DNA from: Gekko japonicus
Taxonomy: Eukaryota
Length of the DNA: 64,000 nt
Direction: 5' to 3'
Assembly (NCBI RefSeq): GCF_001447785.1
Contig: NW_015165855.1
Coordinates: 554,338-618,337, forward strand
The translations under genes and the position numbers were made by a program. Shown in pieces: positions 25,596-36,989 of this stretch (positions are counted from its first letter, which is position 1; every line of letters starts with the position of its first letter). A model generated the notes under the pieces. That model had not been told where the DNA came from and made no database searches. It saw nothing but the letters and a program-made list of their open reading frames with translations.

Positions 25596-26127
25596 GGCCC
25601 CGGTCACACGAGCAGGAAACCGCGGGGGGGAAGCGTGGCAGTGTGCCCCGGGGCAAACTAAGGCGCCGTTACCTGACCAGACCTCCCGTGGAGGTACCGT
25701 GGAGGTACCGTGGAGATCCCGTGGGAAGGGAGAGGTGTCGATCGCAGCACAATCCCGCGCGCAAAAACGAAGCGCGCGGTTCGGCAAACTGGATATTTTT
25801 TTTTTCTGTACAGCACGACTGCGCATGCTCGGTAGGGTGCTTTTGCGCATCCACAAAGACATGGGGGGAAAAACGTTTTCGCGAGGACGGGAACATGGGC
25901 GGGCGCCGGATGCCTCCGGAAACGCGATCCGACGCCTGCCCTTGCCCCGCGGCTTCCGGATACTAGTACCTCCGAGGTACTAGTATTTTGCTGCGCGGTT
26001 TCAGCGGGAAGCCTCGTTTGAGCCCCGGGTGTGCTACGCTTCCCAGATGTGCTGGTGGGATCGCGTCCGGAAACTCCGCATGTCTTCCGTCTGACTAGGG
26101 TGGCTAATGTTCCGTGTGACCGCAGCC
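25596..26127. mobile_element. PIF/Harbinger-like MITE
   Basis: TIRs GGCCCCGGTCACACG / CGTGTGACCGCAGCC; perfect TSD ATT; the paralogous site at about 13095 is empty. Confidence 0.88.
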
Positions 26128-26286
26128 ATTGTAATTCTTATGAAGAAGAAGATAAAAAGTAGATAATTAATTGATAAAATGAAGATCCAGTTAAATACAC
26201 GCTGAAAATGTTCTTTTATGGCTTCTTTTGAAAAGTTTCAATATGTATCCTGTCTTCCGGTCACTTTTACTTAACAGTTGTTTCTG

Positions 26287-26404
26287 AACATATATGAAGC
26301 TGCCTTATGCTGAATCAGACAATTGGTTCATCAAGGTCGGTACTGTATACTCAGACTGGCAGTGGCTCTCCAGGGTCTCAGGTGGAGGTCTTTCACATCA
26401 CCTG
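26287..26404 (-). mobile_element. 3' part of a tRNA-derived SINE with CR1-like tail (Squam2-like)
   Basis: gaagctgccttatgctgaatcagac...ggtctttcacatcacct, homologous to the fuller copy at 34312. Confidence 0.7.
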
Positions 26405-26676
26405 CAACTCAAGGTCACCACACTTTATCCCCCCCCCACACACACACAATATTGACTGACATTAGACTGGGAAATTATCTTGAAACTCAGACTTTCCTTT
26501 GCAATACAGGAAGCTTCACAGTGAGGCCACTCATGTAGCTGGGTAAAAATTAGGGATTCTATGGAATTTCACTGCCTTACTGTTCTGCCTTAGTATCCCT
26601 TCTTTGTTTCCAGTTTTTTCTTGTGAAAACTCCTGGGTAGTCCTGCCGGGTTTCTGCTATGGTGGGAGACCTCCTG

Positions 26677-27001
26677 GGTTGATTCTGCATTGGCTTTTCC
26701 CTCCGTTGTTTTATAAAACTCACGTTGGAAGAAAAATTGCCCTCTGCGTTGCACGCTGGTTTCACTTCCTTTGATTATCGGGTTTTATGGTACCCTCCAG
26801 ACGGCATACTTCTTTCAAGCTCTTTGATGGTTGGGTATTTTTGAACCTTCTATACATAGATTTATAACCATTTTATGGCCGTTCAGGGGTGACTTTGCAG
26901 TCAGTGCGGCGTTGCCCGGAGGTATTTGAATGTGGTTTTGAGCTGCACTTTTTCTTCCCAGTTGAGAAAATGTGGAACAAATGCTAGATGCAGAATCGGC
27001 T
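26677..27001. mobile_element. Harbinger-like MITE (GATTCTGCAT TIR core)
   Basis: Ends GGTTGATTCTGCAT / ATGCAGAATCGGCT; TSD CTG; empty site gagacctcctggtggcagcc at about 5056. Confidence 0.75.
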
Positions 27002-27544
27002 CTGGTGGCAGCCTTTGGCCCCCATTGCTGCTTGGTAGAGTTGAAGGGTTGAAAATCACTGTGGCATTCTAGGATTCACCAGAAACTCTATGGTACCCGG
27101 AACCTGGAACTGATGTCATGCTGTCAATATGATGGTGCCCTCCCCCACACCCAGTTTTCTGCCAGCTGGCAACCCTACCCCTGGGGCTTTATCTGTGCGT
27201 CATTTTCTCTTTCCTTATAGCGCATTTTCACATTAAATTTACACCATTTTAAATTTTATGCTTTTAGCATTTGGATATAAATGGCATATCAAAGTCATAA
27301 AAATTTCAAACCCCCACATTCAGACTGAGATCACCAGGAATGAAAATTGGGCAAGGTGAAAAGGCTCATGAAGATAGCATACAGACGAAAAAGGGAATAC
27401 CCATGCACCCCTAAATGTTAATAAATACATATTTACTGGCCTGATTAACTGGATTGGTTTTACTGAGATTATTTAAATTGCTAGCAGTAATTGTATTATT
27501 CAAGAAGGATTTAAAACAATGACCAACCTTGAATAAACTCGACT

Positions 27545-28220
27545 CCTTCACACCCAATTTACTATTTTGTTTAATATTATTTTTAAAAATCCCCCCCTCC
27601 CCGTCTAGGCAATATAAGCTACTGAAATCAAACCACATAGCATCAACCACCCTTTCATTTTCACCCTTACCATAAGCATCACAAAACAAGATCAAAGTTC
27701 TGTATTCCATATTCTCTCCTAACTCGAGTGGCCCGCTTTTACATATAGACACATACTATTAAGCCTTATATTTGCTCCCCAGCCTCATTGGATCTCAATA
27801 TTCTCTGCGATAAGATGCCCCATTATTTAGCAGATTTAATGACTCTGAACCACTGTAGAGCATTTATGCTGCCCAGATTAATGCATTCCCCTCTAAAGTC
27901 TTACAGGGGAGATAACATCGTGTACCTCTGAGTGAAAGACTTTGCTCCTGCGGAGCAAATACCGACTCAGTTCAGCATATATTACTCCACTGCTCTCGGT
28001 ATGATAATCTCCGTAAGGAACTATTTCAAAAGCTCTCCTTACCCCCTGATTATTCGACTAATCTTTCTTTTTGTCAGCATTTATTGAGAGATACTAAGTG
28101 GGAGATTACTGAGGTGGCAGCCACTTTTTGGAGGATATTCTTAAATCGGAACCAGATCAAGTATGACTGTATGTGTAACTATTTACATACGTTGAATCCT
28201 TCTTTTCATTCTATATATCA
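27545..28220 (+). mobile_element. RTE-X-like LINE 3' fragment (tail resumes at about 29755-29805 after the L2 insertion)
   Basis: Translation near 27855-28015 gives RAFML..NAFPSKVLQGR..VPLSERLCSCG...VQHILLHCSRY, a C-terminal CCHC knuckle. Confidence 0.55.
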
Positions 28221-28221
28221 T

Positions 28222-29753
28222 TCTAGATCCCTTCCAGTCCGGCTTCTGCCTGGGGCATGGGACCAAGACAGTACTGGTCGCTCTTACTGACGACCTCCAA
28301 AGGCATCTGGATCGAGGCGGTGTGGCGGCACTGTTGTTGTTAGATCTGTCGGCCGCATTCGATATGGTCAACCACCAGTTGCTGACCCACCACCTCGCCG
28401 ACGTGGGGATTCAGGGGCTCACCCTTCAATGGCTTGCCTCTTTTCTCCAAGGTCAGTGACAAAGGGTGGTGATAGGGGAACAGCAGTCCCGGAGACATCC
28501 TCTCGAATGTGGGGTGCCTCAAGGGGCAGTGCTTACCCCAATGTTGTTTAACATCTACATGCGCCCCCTTGCCCAGATTGCCCGTAGGTATGGGCTTGGG
28601 CGTCATCAATATGCAGATGACACCCAGCTTTATCTGATGTTGGGCGGCCGGTCGGGCTCCAGTCCAGAAGATCTGCACCGGGTGTTGCAGGCTGTGGCGG
28701 GTTGGCTCTGACTGAGTCGGCTGAAGCTAAACCCGGCGAAGACAGAGGTCCTGGGCCTGAGTCAGGGTGGTCTGGGGTTGGGGCTCCCTCTCCCGACCTT
28801 TGATGGGGTGCCTTTGGTGCCAGCGCTGGAGGTATTGGAGTTTAGGAGTGCTCCTGGACTCCTTGTTAACTATGGAGGCCTAGGTGGCAGCCACTGCTAA
28901 GTCAGCTTTTTACCATCTTCGGCTAGCTCGGCAGTTGGTTCCCTTCCTCGACCGTGATGACTTGGCCACAGTGATCCATGCAACGGTCACCTCCAGGTTG
29001 GACTACTGTAACGCTCTCTACATGGGGCTGCCTCTGTCACAAATCTGGAAGCTGCAGCTGGTGCAGAATGCTGCGGCCAGGCTGTTGATGGGTCTCCCTA
29101 GCCCGGACCACATCAGGCCTGTGCTGAAAGCACTGCACTGGCTGCCAATAGCGTACCAGATTCGCTTCAAAGTGCTGGTTCTTACCTTTAAAGCCCTATA
29201 TGGCCGGGGTCCAACATACCTAAGGGACTGCCTTTCCCAATATGTTCCCCTGCGGGTTGGAGACGCAACATCTCCTGATGATTCCAGGCCCCATGGAGGC
29301 CAGGTTGACTGTTACCAGGGCAACAGCTTTTTCGGTGGCGGCTCCTACCTGATGGAACGAGTTCCCGGAGGAGATCCGGGCCCTGCGGGACCTTGTGCAG
29401 TTCTGCAGGGCCTGCAAGATGGAGGTCTTCCACCAGGCTTTTGAGTAGGAGCTGCCACTACCATACCATCACTATTTTACCATCATTACCAACTGGCCCT
29501 GGGAAGAGAGAACGACAGTGTCACATGGAACTGACAGCACTGATTGGGTGTACCATCTTTGAGACGTCATCTTTTATGGAAGATTATTCTGGAACATCTA
29601 GAGCACTTAATATGTCGTAACATTGTAGTGATGGTTTTATATGGTTTTAACCTGTTTTTATGTGTTGGCTTACACCTATCTGTGATCCGTCCTGAGCCCG
29701 CGTTGCGGGGAGGGCGGGCTATAAATTGAAATTATAAATAAATATAAATAAAT
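28222..29753 (+). mobile_element. L2 LINE, 5'-truncated and degenerate
   Basis: RT motifs LDPFQSGF, GVPQG, QYADDTQLY and SRLDYCNALY..LQLVQNAAAR; 3' stem-loop cctgagccc...gggagggcggg and (TAAA)n tail. Confidence 0.9.
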
Positions 29754-30112
29754 ATACTTGACTGTGTGTTATGCCATTAAAGGTCAGAATTGAATTGAAC
29801 TGAATATAGACACACACACTTTACAAATATATATTTTGAAATTACTACATCAGACAATCTTTAAATATTATTTTTGGAAACATTTTCTTCCCAAATAAAC
29901 TCTCTGATTAAAAAGCACTGCTATGAGGTATTAAACCTTAAGTATCAATCAGTAAAGTTGAGACAATGAGAAAAGCCAGATCTAATCAGACATTAAAGTA
30001 TACTAGCAGGCTGTAGGAACGACTCCTTTAATTATGAAAATATGGGTGGCAATTTACAATCACAGTCAAAACACCTACCTTGTAAATGAGGTACTGCTCA
30101 AAATAAACTCAC

Positions 30113-32563
30113 CATATCAGATTTATCCATCTCATAATTAAGGATATTTCCCTCACTGGCTGTCAAAAGTGCCTCAGACTTATTCTTAGAAGAAATGTTC
30201 TCCGCAATTTGAACACTGCTTGCTGGAAAAGCATATTCCTGTATCCGGGATTCAGATGATAAGCAAAGTTGGTAAGAATAAGGTAATGTCCCCTCTTCAT
30301 AGTTCGGTGGAAATATGACAGCATTGTTTGAATGGGGGAAGGGACCAAAGCACTGAAGGAATTTCGGTTTCCCTGATCGTCGAAACTTCATCAGAATGGC
30401 CAGAATCACCGTCAAGAGGAACAAGAAGGAGATCAAAGCCAGGGCCAGCACCAGATAGAACTGCAGATCAGACTGATAGTCAGGACTGATGGATTGGGTC
30501 TTCATTTCTGGAAGGGCCTCTTGGAAGTTCTCTGCAAACACCAGGTTCAGCGTCACTGTAGCAGATAGTGAAGGGTGCCCATTATCTTTCACTAAGATGA
30601 CCGCCCTCTGCTTCACAGCATCCCTTTCCAAAAACGTTCGGGAGGTCCTGATCTCACCTGTATGGTGTCCAATTGTGAAGAGCCCCGGCTCAGTGGCCTG
30701 AAGCAAGTGGTAGGAGAGCCAGGCATTGTGTCCAGAGTCAGCATCCACCGCTACCACCTTGGTCACCAGATAATCTGCATCAGCTGAACGAGGGATCATC
30801 TCAAACAAGGCTGAACTTTCCACTCCTTTAGAAGGGTAGAGGATCTGAGGGCTGTTGTCATTCTGGTCCACAATATACACTTTCACTGTGACATTGCTGC
30901 TCAGGGGAGGAGAACCTCCATCCTGGGCTTTCACTTGAAGTTGGAATTCCCTGAATTGTTCGTAGTCAAAGGAGCGCTGTGCATAAATAACTCCAGTCTC
31001 AGAGTTAATGGAGACATAAGAGGAGAGAGGCAGGTCCTCAATGTTGCTCTTTTGGATGGAGTAAAGGATTCGTGCATTGCGATCCAGATCTGGGTCTGAG
31101 GCTTTGACCCTGAAAATGGAGGCTCCAGAGGGGTTGTTTTCTGGCACATAGGCAGTATAGGAAGGTTTTTCAAAGGCTGGAGGGTTATCATTGATGTCGG
31201 AGATCTGCACGGAAATGGTCTTGAGTGTAGAAAGAGGAGGACTGCCATTGTCTGTGGCTGTGATTGTGATATTGTACTCAGGAGTATTTTCCCTGTCCAG
31301 CACACCATCTGTAAGCACCTTATAGTATTTATTGGATGTGGAAACAATTTGGAATGGCAAATTGCTTAGTACCTGACAAACTATGTTTCCATTTTCACCT
31401 GAATCTTTGTCTTTTACATGGATAAGAGCTACCAGAGTCCCAGATGCAGAATCTTCAGGTATTGGGCTGGATGATGAGACAAGAATGATTTCTGGGGCAT
31501 TGTCATTCTCGTCTACTATCTTTATTTCAACATTGCAGTGAGCCACTAACCCACCCCCATCCTTTGCTTCCACTGCTACAGAATATTTCTCTGCTTCCTC
31601 AAAGTCCAGTGTCTCCATAATTGTGATTGTCCCATCCTGTGGATCTAAATGAAATTTCTGGCGATCACTTTTAACAGTGTTGCTAAAACTATAGCTGATC
31701 TGGCCATAGGATCCCTCATCTCTGTCAGTGGCTTTCACCTGTACCACTGAAAACCCTTTTGGTGCATTTTCTTTCAGGCTGACCTTGTATATATCTTGTG
31801 CAAAAACAGGAAGGTTGTCATTGGCATCAATGACATTAACCCATATTTTGGCTGTCCCTGTTTTGGCAGGCTTTCCTCCATCCACAGCCAGAAGGGTTAA
31901 ATGGAAACTGCTTTCATTTTCTCGATCCAACTGTTTTCTCAACACTAATTCTGCATATTTATTTCCATGTTCTCTCTCTCTAGTTTCCAGTGTGAAATAT
32001 TGATTGGGCATGAGCTGGTAACTCTGGAGAGAATTCATTCCAACATCTGAATCTTCAGCATACCCAAGAACAAATCGGTCTCCTGGTAAAGTTAATTCAC
32101 TTGGTTCTAGCCTGATATCCTCATTTAAGAAATGTGGTGTGTTATCATTAATGTCCTGGATTGCTACAGTTACATGGAAAATATTCATGGGGTTTTCAGC
32201 CATGACTTCAAAATTGATAGGACAGAAAATAGTTTCCCCACATATCCCCTCTCTATCTATCCTATCATTTACATACAGTTTTCCATTTTCTGCACTGACA
32301 GTGAAATACTGCTTTTTATCTAGAGAAAGGACATGCAGATTGCGATTTGCTATTTCTCCAGGGCTAAGTCCTAGATCTTTGGCTAGATTCCCTACAACGG
32401 ACCCTTTCTCCATTTCCTCAGGGACTGAATACTGAATCTGCTCTGAGGCCGTCTTGCAGAACAAAGACAATAATAAGAGGAACAATAACCTTACTGATCT
32501 ACTCTTCTCTTGGTGTCTGCAGTTCATCCTTCTGGCTGGAAATCTTGCTTTTTCTGCTTGCAT
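30113..32563 (-). CDS. PCDHGB: Protocadherin gamma-B-like variable exon V5 (subtype B, with V7/V9-like EC3), intact
   Basis: Full ORF. First ATG at 32563; donor ATG|GTGAGT at 30113/30112. Confidence 0.93.
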
Positions 32564-32792
32564 ATCTTGATCAGCTGAGGTGTTTCCAATTCCCAATACA
32601 AGATCCACAGTAAAGAAGCATAACAATGTCACTGGATACTGCTGAATTTATATACGTTGTAATGGTTTCCTTTCCCCAAGGCTTCCACGTCTCCGTTGTC
32701 TGCTGTTTTCCTGATCTGCATTCAGAGAATGAGCAGCCACACTGCTGGAAGCATCGTTCAGTGGATTCTCAGCTCCTACATGAGAGCTACCT

Positions 32793-32834
32793 TGGCCAAC
32801 AGCGACACCCTGCGTCTCAGGCAGGGAACTGCAA
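32793..32834 (-). promoter_or_regulatory. CSE / CTCF site of V5 promoter (CGCT box)
   Basis: Minus strand TTGCAGTTCCCTGCCTGAGACGCAGGGTGTCGCTGTTGGCCA. Confidence 0.88.
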
Positions 32835-33050
32835 GAATTGCTTTTGTCTCTTCCTGAAGCTTATATGTAGAGAAGAACAGTCTGTTTTCAGGTGGGGAAG
32901 AAGAAAGTTTTCTGGCTTTGTCTACATTATCTTACGTGTTTGCTTTGCTAGTAGAGTCACCAACTTCATCCAAAATGGCTTTAGTGAAACAACACCAACT
33001 ACTCTCCTTTTCTACCTCCCATGTGTTACTGACAACAGTGAGATAGAATG

Positions 33051-33325
33051 AACATAAGAACATAAGAGACGCCAATGTTGGATCAGGCCAAAGGCCCATC
33101 CAGTCCAACACTCTGTATCACACAGTGGCCAGAAATACCAGTGCCATCAGGAGGTCCACCAGTGGGGCCAGGACATTAGAAGCCCTCCCACTGTTGACCC
33201 CCCCAAGCACCAAGATGACAGAGCATCACTTGCCCCATAGCCCCTATCTATACCTTGTGGCTAATAGCCACTGATGGACCTCTGCTCCATATGCTTATCT
33301 AATTCCCTCTTGAAGCCGTCCATGG
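33051..33325 (-). mobile_element. CR1 LINE 3' end fragment
   Basis: The plus strand opens with tandem aacataag units followed by ttggatcaggccaaaggcccatccagtcc, typical of a squamate CR1 3' UTR. Confidence 0.75.
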
Positions 33326-33449
33326 ATGTCTAATATGAAAAAAATTGGGGGGAGGGGGAATGGTAATGCAACTTTTCAACGCCGTTTTTCTTGAGTATCG
33401 TGGAATTTTATGAGACATGTCACTGTTTATAAGAAATGAAAAACAAACT

Positions 33450-33646
33450 ACATAAAAACAGAGGGCAGTGCCACCTTTAAGACAAAATAAGTTTTATTCA
33501 AGGTATAAGCTTTCGTGTGCATGCACCCTTCTTCAGATACACAAAAGATATACCTTGAATCAAATGTCGTTGCTCTCAAAGGAGCCACTGGATTCAAACT
33601 TTGTTCAGCTGCTTCAGGCACACACGACAACCCACCTGAAACTATA
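33450..33646. mobile_element. Penelope-like element terminal repeat remnant (inverted arrangement)
   Basis: Minus strand ctgaagaagggtgcatgcacacgaaagcttataccttgaataaaac...cttaaaggtgg, followed by a plus-strand partial copy ataccttgaat...aaaggagccactggattc. Confidence 0.65.
33503..33540 (-). ncRNA. Minimal type I hammerhead ribozyme motif (Penelope-associated)
   Basis: GUAU-CUGAAGA-A-GGGUGCAUGCACAC-GAAA-GC-UU-AUAC. It has the core boxes, stem II with one mismatch, a palindromic minimal stem III and a 4-bp stem I. Confidence 0.5.
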
Positions 33647-33706
33647 TAACGAAATCAATGGGTTCTCTGTATGCTGTGTCAGATTCCATATACTATTTTA
33701 AAGGCT

Positions 33707-34200
33707 CATGATAAAAAGTAGAGACATCACCCTGCCAACAAAAGTCCGCATGGTCAAAGCAATGGTATTCCCAGTAGTCATGTATGGCTGCGAGAGTTGG
33801 ACTATAAGGAAGGCCGAGTGCCGAAGAATAGATTCTTTTGAACTATGGTGCTGGAGAAGACTCTTGAGAGTCCCTTGGACTGCAAGAAGATCAAATCAGT
33901 CAATCCTAAAAGAAATCAACCCTGACTGTTCCCTGGAAGGCCAGATAATGAAACTGAAGCTCAAATACTTTTGCCACCAAATGAGAAGGGAGCACTCACT
34001 GGAGAAGACCCTGATGCTGGGAAAGACTGAAGGTCAAAGAAGACGGGGACGGCAAAGGATGAGATGGTTAGACAGTGTCATCGATGCAACGAACATGAAA
34101 TTGAGCCAACTTCAGAGGACGGCGGAAGACAGGAGGGCCTGGAGAGATCTTGTCCATGGGGTCGCGAAGAGTCGGACTCGACTGTGCGACTGAAGAACAA
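33707..34200 (+). mobile_element. BovB (RTE) LINE 3' fragment
   Basis: ORF KSRDITLPTKV..KAMVFPVVMYGCESWTIRKAE..FELWCWRRLLRVPWTARRSNQSILKEI is the BovB C-terminus, followed by the BovB tail. Confidence 0.93.
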
Positions 34201-34311
34201 ATGCTTCTGGGAATGTGCAACTGGAACCCCTAAGGATACCTTGGCAATTGCTATGTAACACAGAATTTACTTCTTCAGGTATCTCAGTCGAGTTTTAGCA
34301 TCTTGACGGAG

Positions 34312-34526
34312 CACATGGACACACGAAGCTGCTCCCACTGAGTCAGACTGCTGGTTTCTCAAGGTTAGTCTTCTCTGCTTTGGATGGCAGCAGCTCTCCA
34401 GGATATCAAGTAGAGGTCTTTCGCATCATCTAATATCTGGTCCTTTTAACTATGGGTTCTAGGGACTGAACCCAGGAACTTACACATACAAAGCACATGC
34501 TCTGCCACTGAGCCACAGCCCCTCCC
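34312..34526 (-). mobile_element. tRNA-derived SINE with CR1-like tail (Squam2-like)
   Basis: Minus strand begins GGGGCTGTGGCTCAGTGGCAGAGCA (A box) ... GGGTTCAGTCCC (B box) and ends GCAGCTTCGTGTGTCC. Confidence 0.75.
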
Positions 34527-35564
34527 TGAATTCATTGATCTGAGAAGAAACCAAAAGACTGCTCAGAGTGGATGGGATTTCTGTGAGTAAGTGGAGAGGC
34601 TGATGTTTTACTAGTTTTGCCTTCTTCTTTGGAGTCCATTTTTCACAAGCCCTAGGGCACTCTTTTCACTTACCCGTTCTACCTCAAGTGGGTTAGATCA
34701 AAAGATAACCATCTATCTGCAGAAGGTGTCTTCTGCTCAAACAAGAACTGTTTTACACCTTGCTCTTAAGTACTGCATGAAAAAAGTGAAGCTAAATACA
34801 GGATGTTTCTCTGCTTTCATAAGAGCGTGCACAAGCAGAAACACAGAGCCTTCTGACGGAACCTAACTATTACAGTGCTTCAGGGACTCTTCTGCCAATG
34901 TCTGTGGAACAGCATTACCATATCTTTTCCTTCATCTCATACTTGTTTAGATTTAATACCGTATTTTCACTTAGCCAAATCACAGAATGCTTTCTAGCCT
35001 GCGACTAAAAGAGTGAGGAAACTGGCTAACAGACTGAACAGAAAAGAAGATTAAAAACGTGAACTTAAAGTAGTGATCTACTGGAAAGAAATCCACCCAT
35101 GCATATGAAGACATTTCTACTGTTCAAACACTATTATAAGTGAAAAAAAACACTGAGCTTCTGGACAGATTGAAACTTTGGAGCAGTGCTTACTGGAAAG
35201 TGGTACTTTTTGCGACATTAGGGGTTTTGTGGATAACTCCTCTTTTTTGCGATAATGAGGGGTTGATAACATCAGATAAGGTTAATACACTCTTGGCAGG
35301 TGTGGATTCAGGAGTTATATTGTCAGTAGCCAATTTTTTTCTCATGTAATTAAATCTAAAGGACTTCAAGTGTGATAACTGGTTGCTTATTTAATTCTTC
35401 TCTTTTTTTGCTGTATCTAGTGTGACATTGCTCAAGGCTGGTGGGCTAAACAGCAGTTACCATCAAAGTAAAATAAGCATAAGTGAAAAACCCACAGCCA
35501 GTTCCATTACAGAATACAGCAGCTTAAAAGTTCTGCATTATAGAAAACCCTTTAAATATTCATA

Positions 35565-36054
35565 GGCTGAATTCAGACTCGCAGTTTGAAGCAGGAGGGA
35601 GTTGTGGCAAAAAAAGAGCGGAACAAACTGTTCCGGGTTTTCTTGGTCACACTGCACCGACTGATGCAGGAGCATACCGGGAGGAGGCGCAAGGGAACAT
35701 TCACACTGTTGACCCAGAGGTGCAGCTGTAAGGTGCAGCTTTTTTTTTTTTTGCTAATCTGGAGATATGTGCTTATGTGCATAAGCGTTTATGGGCATAA
35801 GCGCATAAGTGCACAAGAAAAACCGTGGCTTTTGCTGTTCACACTTTGTTGGTGCAGGATGGATGCGGGATAATTGCGCTTTCCAGGGTTTGATACCATT
35901 TTCACCAGGTATCCTTTAAACTCGGGAGTGAAGCGTTACAAGATGGGTTGAGTACGGCTGGGGAATGCCGGACAGATGTGCCTGTATGAATGGCCCCTTT
36001 AATCCGGTTGTGGAACTTTTCTGAAACATGCAAACTGCCAGTCTGAACTATGCC
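35565..36054. mobile_element. Harbinger-like MITE
   Basis: TIRs GGCTGAATTCAGACT / AGTCTGAACTATGCC; TSD ATA; empty site attcatatatcaaacatctctc at about 900. Confidence 0.75.
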
Positions 36055-36989
36055 ATACATCGAACGTCTCTCAAATGATGAAATTATTTCCATTGATCTA
36101 CATTACAGAAAACATTTCTATTGGACTAAACTAAATTGCAATAAATATATTAGTTGTCTTCTTTTATCACTGAAACACAGGCCTAGGTGTACATAAGGGC
36201 ATGAATGCTAAACAATAGGCTACTACTGCTTGAAATGCCACAAGTATGATAAAGCCCTTTTCAAAACCTTCTGTGATACTACTATGACATACTATGGCAC
36301 TACTAGGGGTTCTAATAGATACACTGCATATGTATAAGAGTAGTGATAGGGGTATAGTTCAAACTCTCCATTTAAATGAGTGCAGGTAGAATGGTAGAGA
36401 AGTACTTCGGCATCAGACCTTAAGCTGCCATTATTAAAGGGTGATAACAATGTTGGACATGATGGATCAATGGACCTTTTTTTTTTGGTGTGACAGCTCC
36501 CTATATACGAACATGAAGAAAACAATAATAACACATACACAAAATTGGAGGGCATCCAAAGCATCCCTAATAAGTTTTGGGATGCCTTAGTTCTTGCTGC
36601 AGATGACTAAAGCCAAAAGTCTGAGAACAAACCAACTAAAGAAAAAGCTAGAACATGCTCTAGGCCAGTTAACAGGGAGAGTTTGCAAAATGTAGAAATT
36701 CAACAGAAATCTTTTGCATTTCCCCCTGTTCATAGATGTTAACTGAGCAAGTATAAATGAGAATCTAATCTCCCATTCCAACTCACCTGAAAATTTATCT
36801 ATTTATTTTCAATTTATATCCTGCCTTGCCGGTGCAAACTAGCTCAAGGCAGCTTACACGTTAAAATGCAGTAAAACCAATAAATGCAATAAAATTAGAA
36901 TAAGAACAATTACATAAAGTGCTAATATAAGGTTATAAAACAAGCATATAAATCAAGGGCAGAATCCTGACCTTATGTTTAGGGCTGGG

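Larger units (their letters stand above)
22661..33700. repeat. Tandem segmental duplication unit 3 (A exon deleted; V5 retained)
   Basis: Spacer X homology runs to about 26285 and spacer Y homology resumes at about 26474. The right boundary is approximate. Confidence 0.75.

Noticed and set aside
34440-34526. tRNA-like A/B boxes, and 5S-like sequence at about 51315
   Set aside because: SINE heads with LINE-derived tails, degenerate and not functional tRNA or 5S genes.
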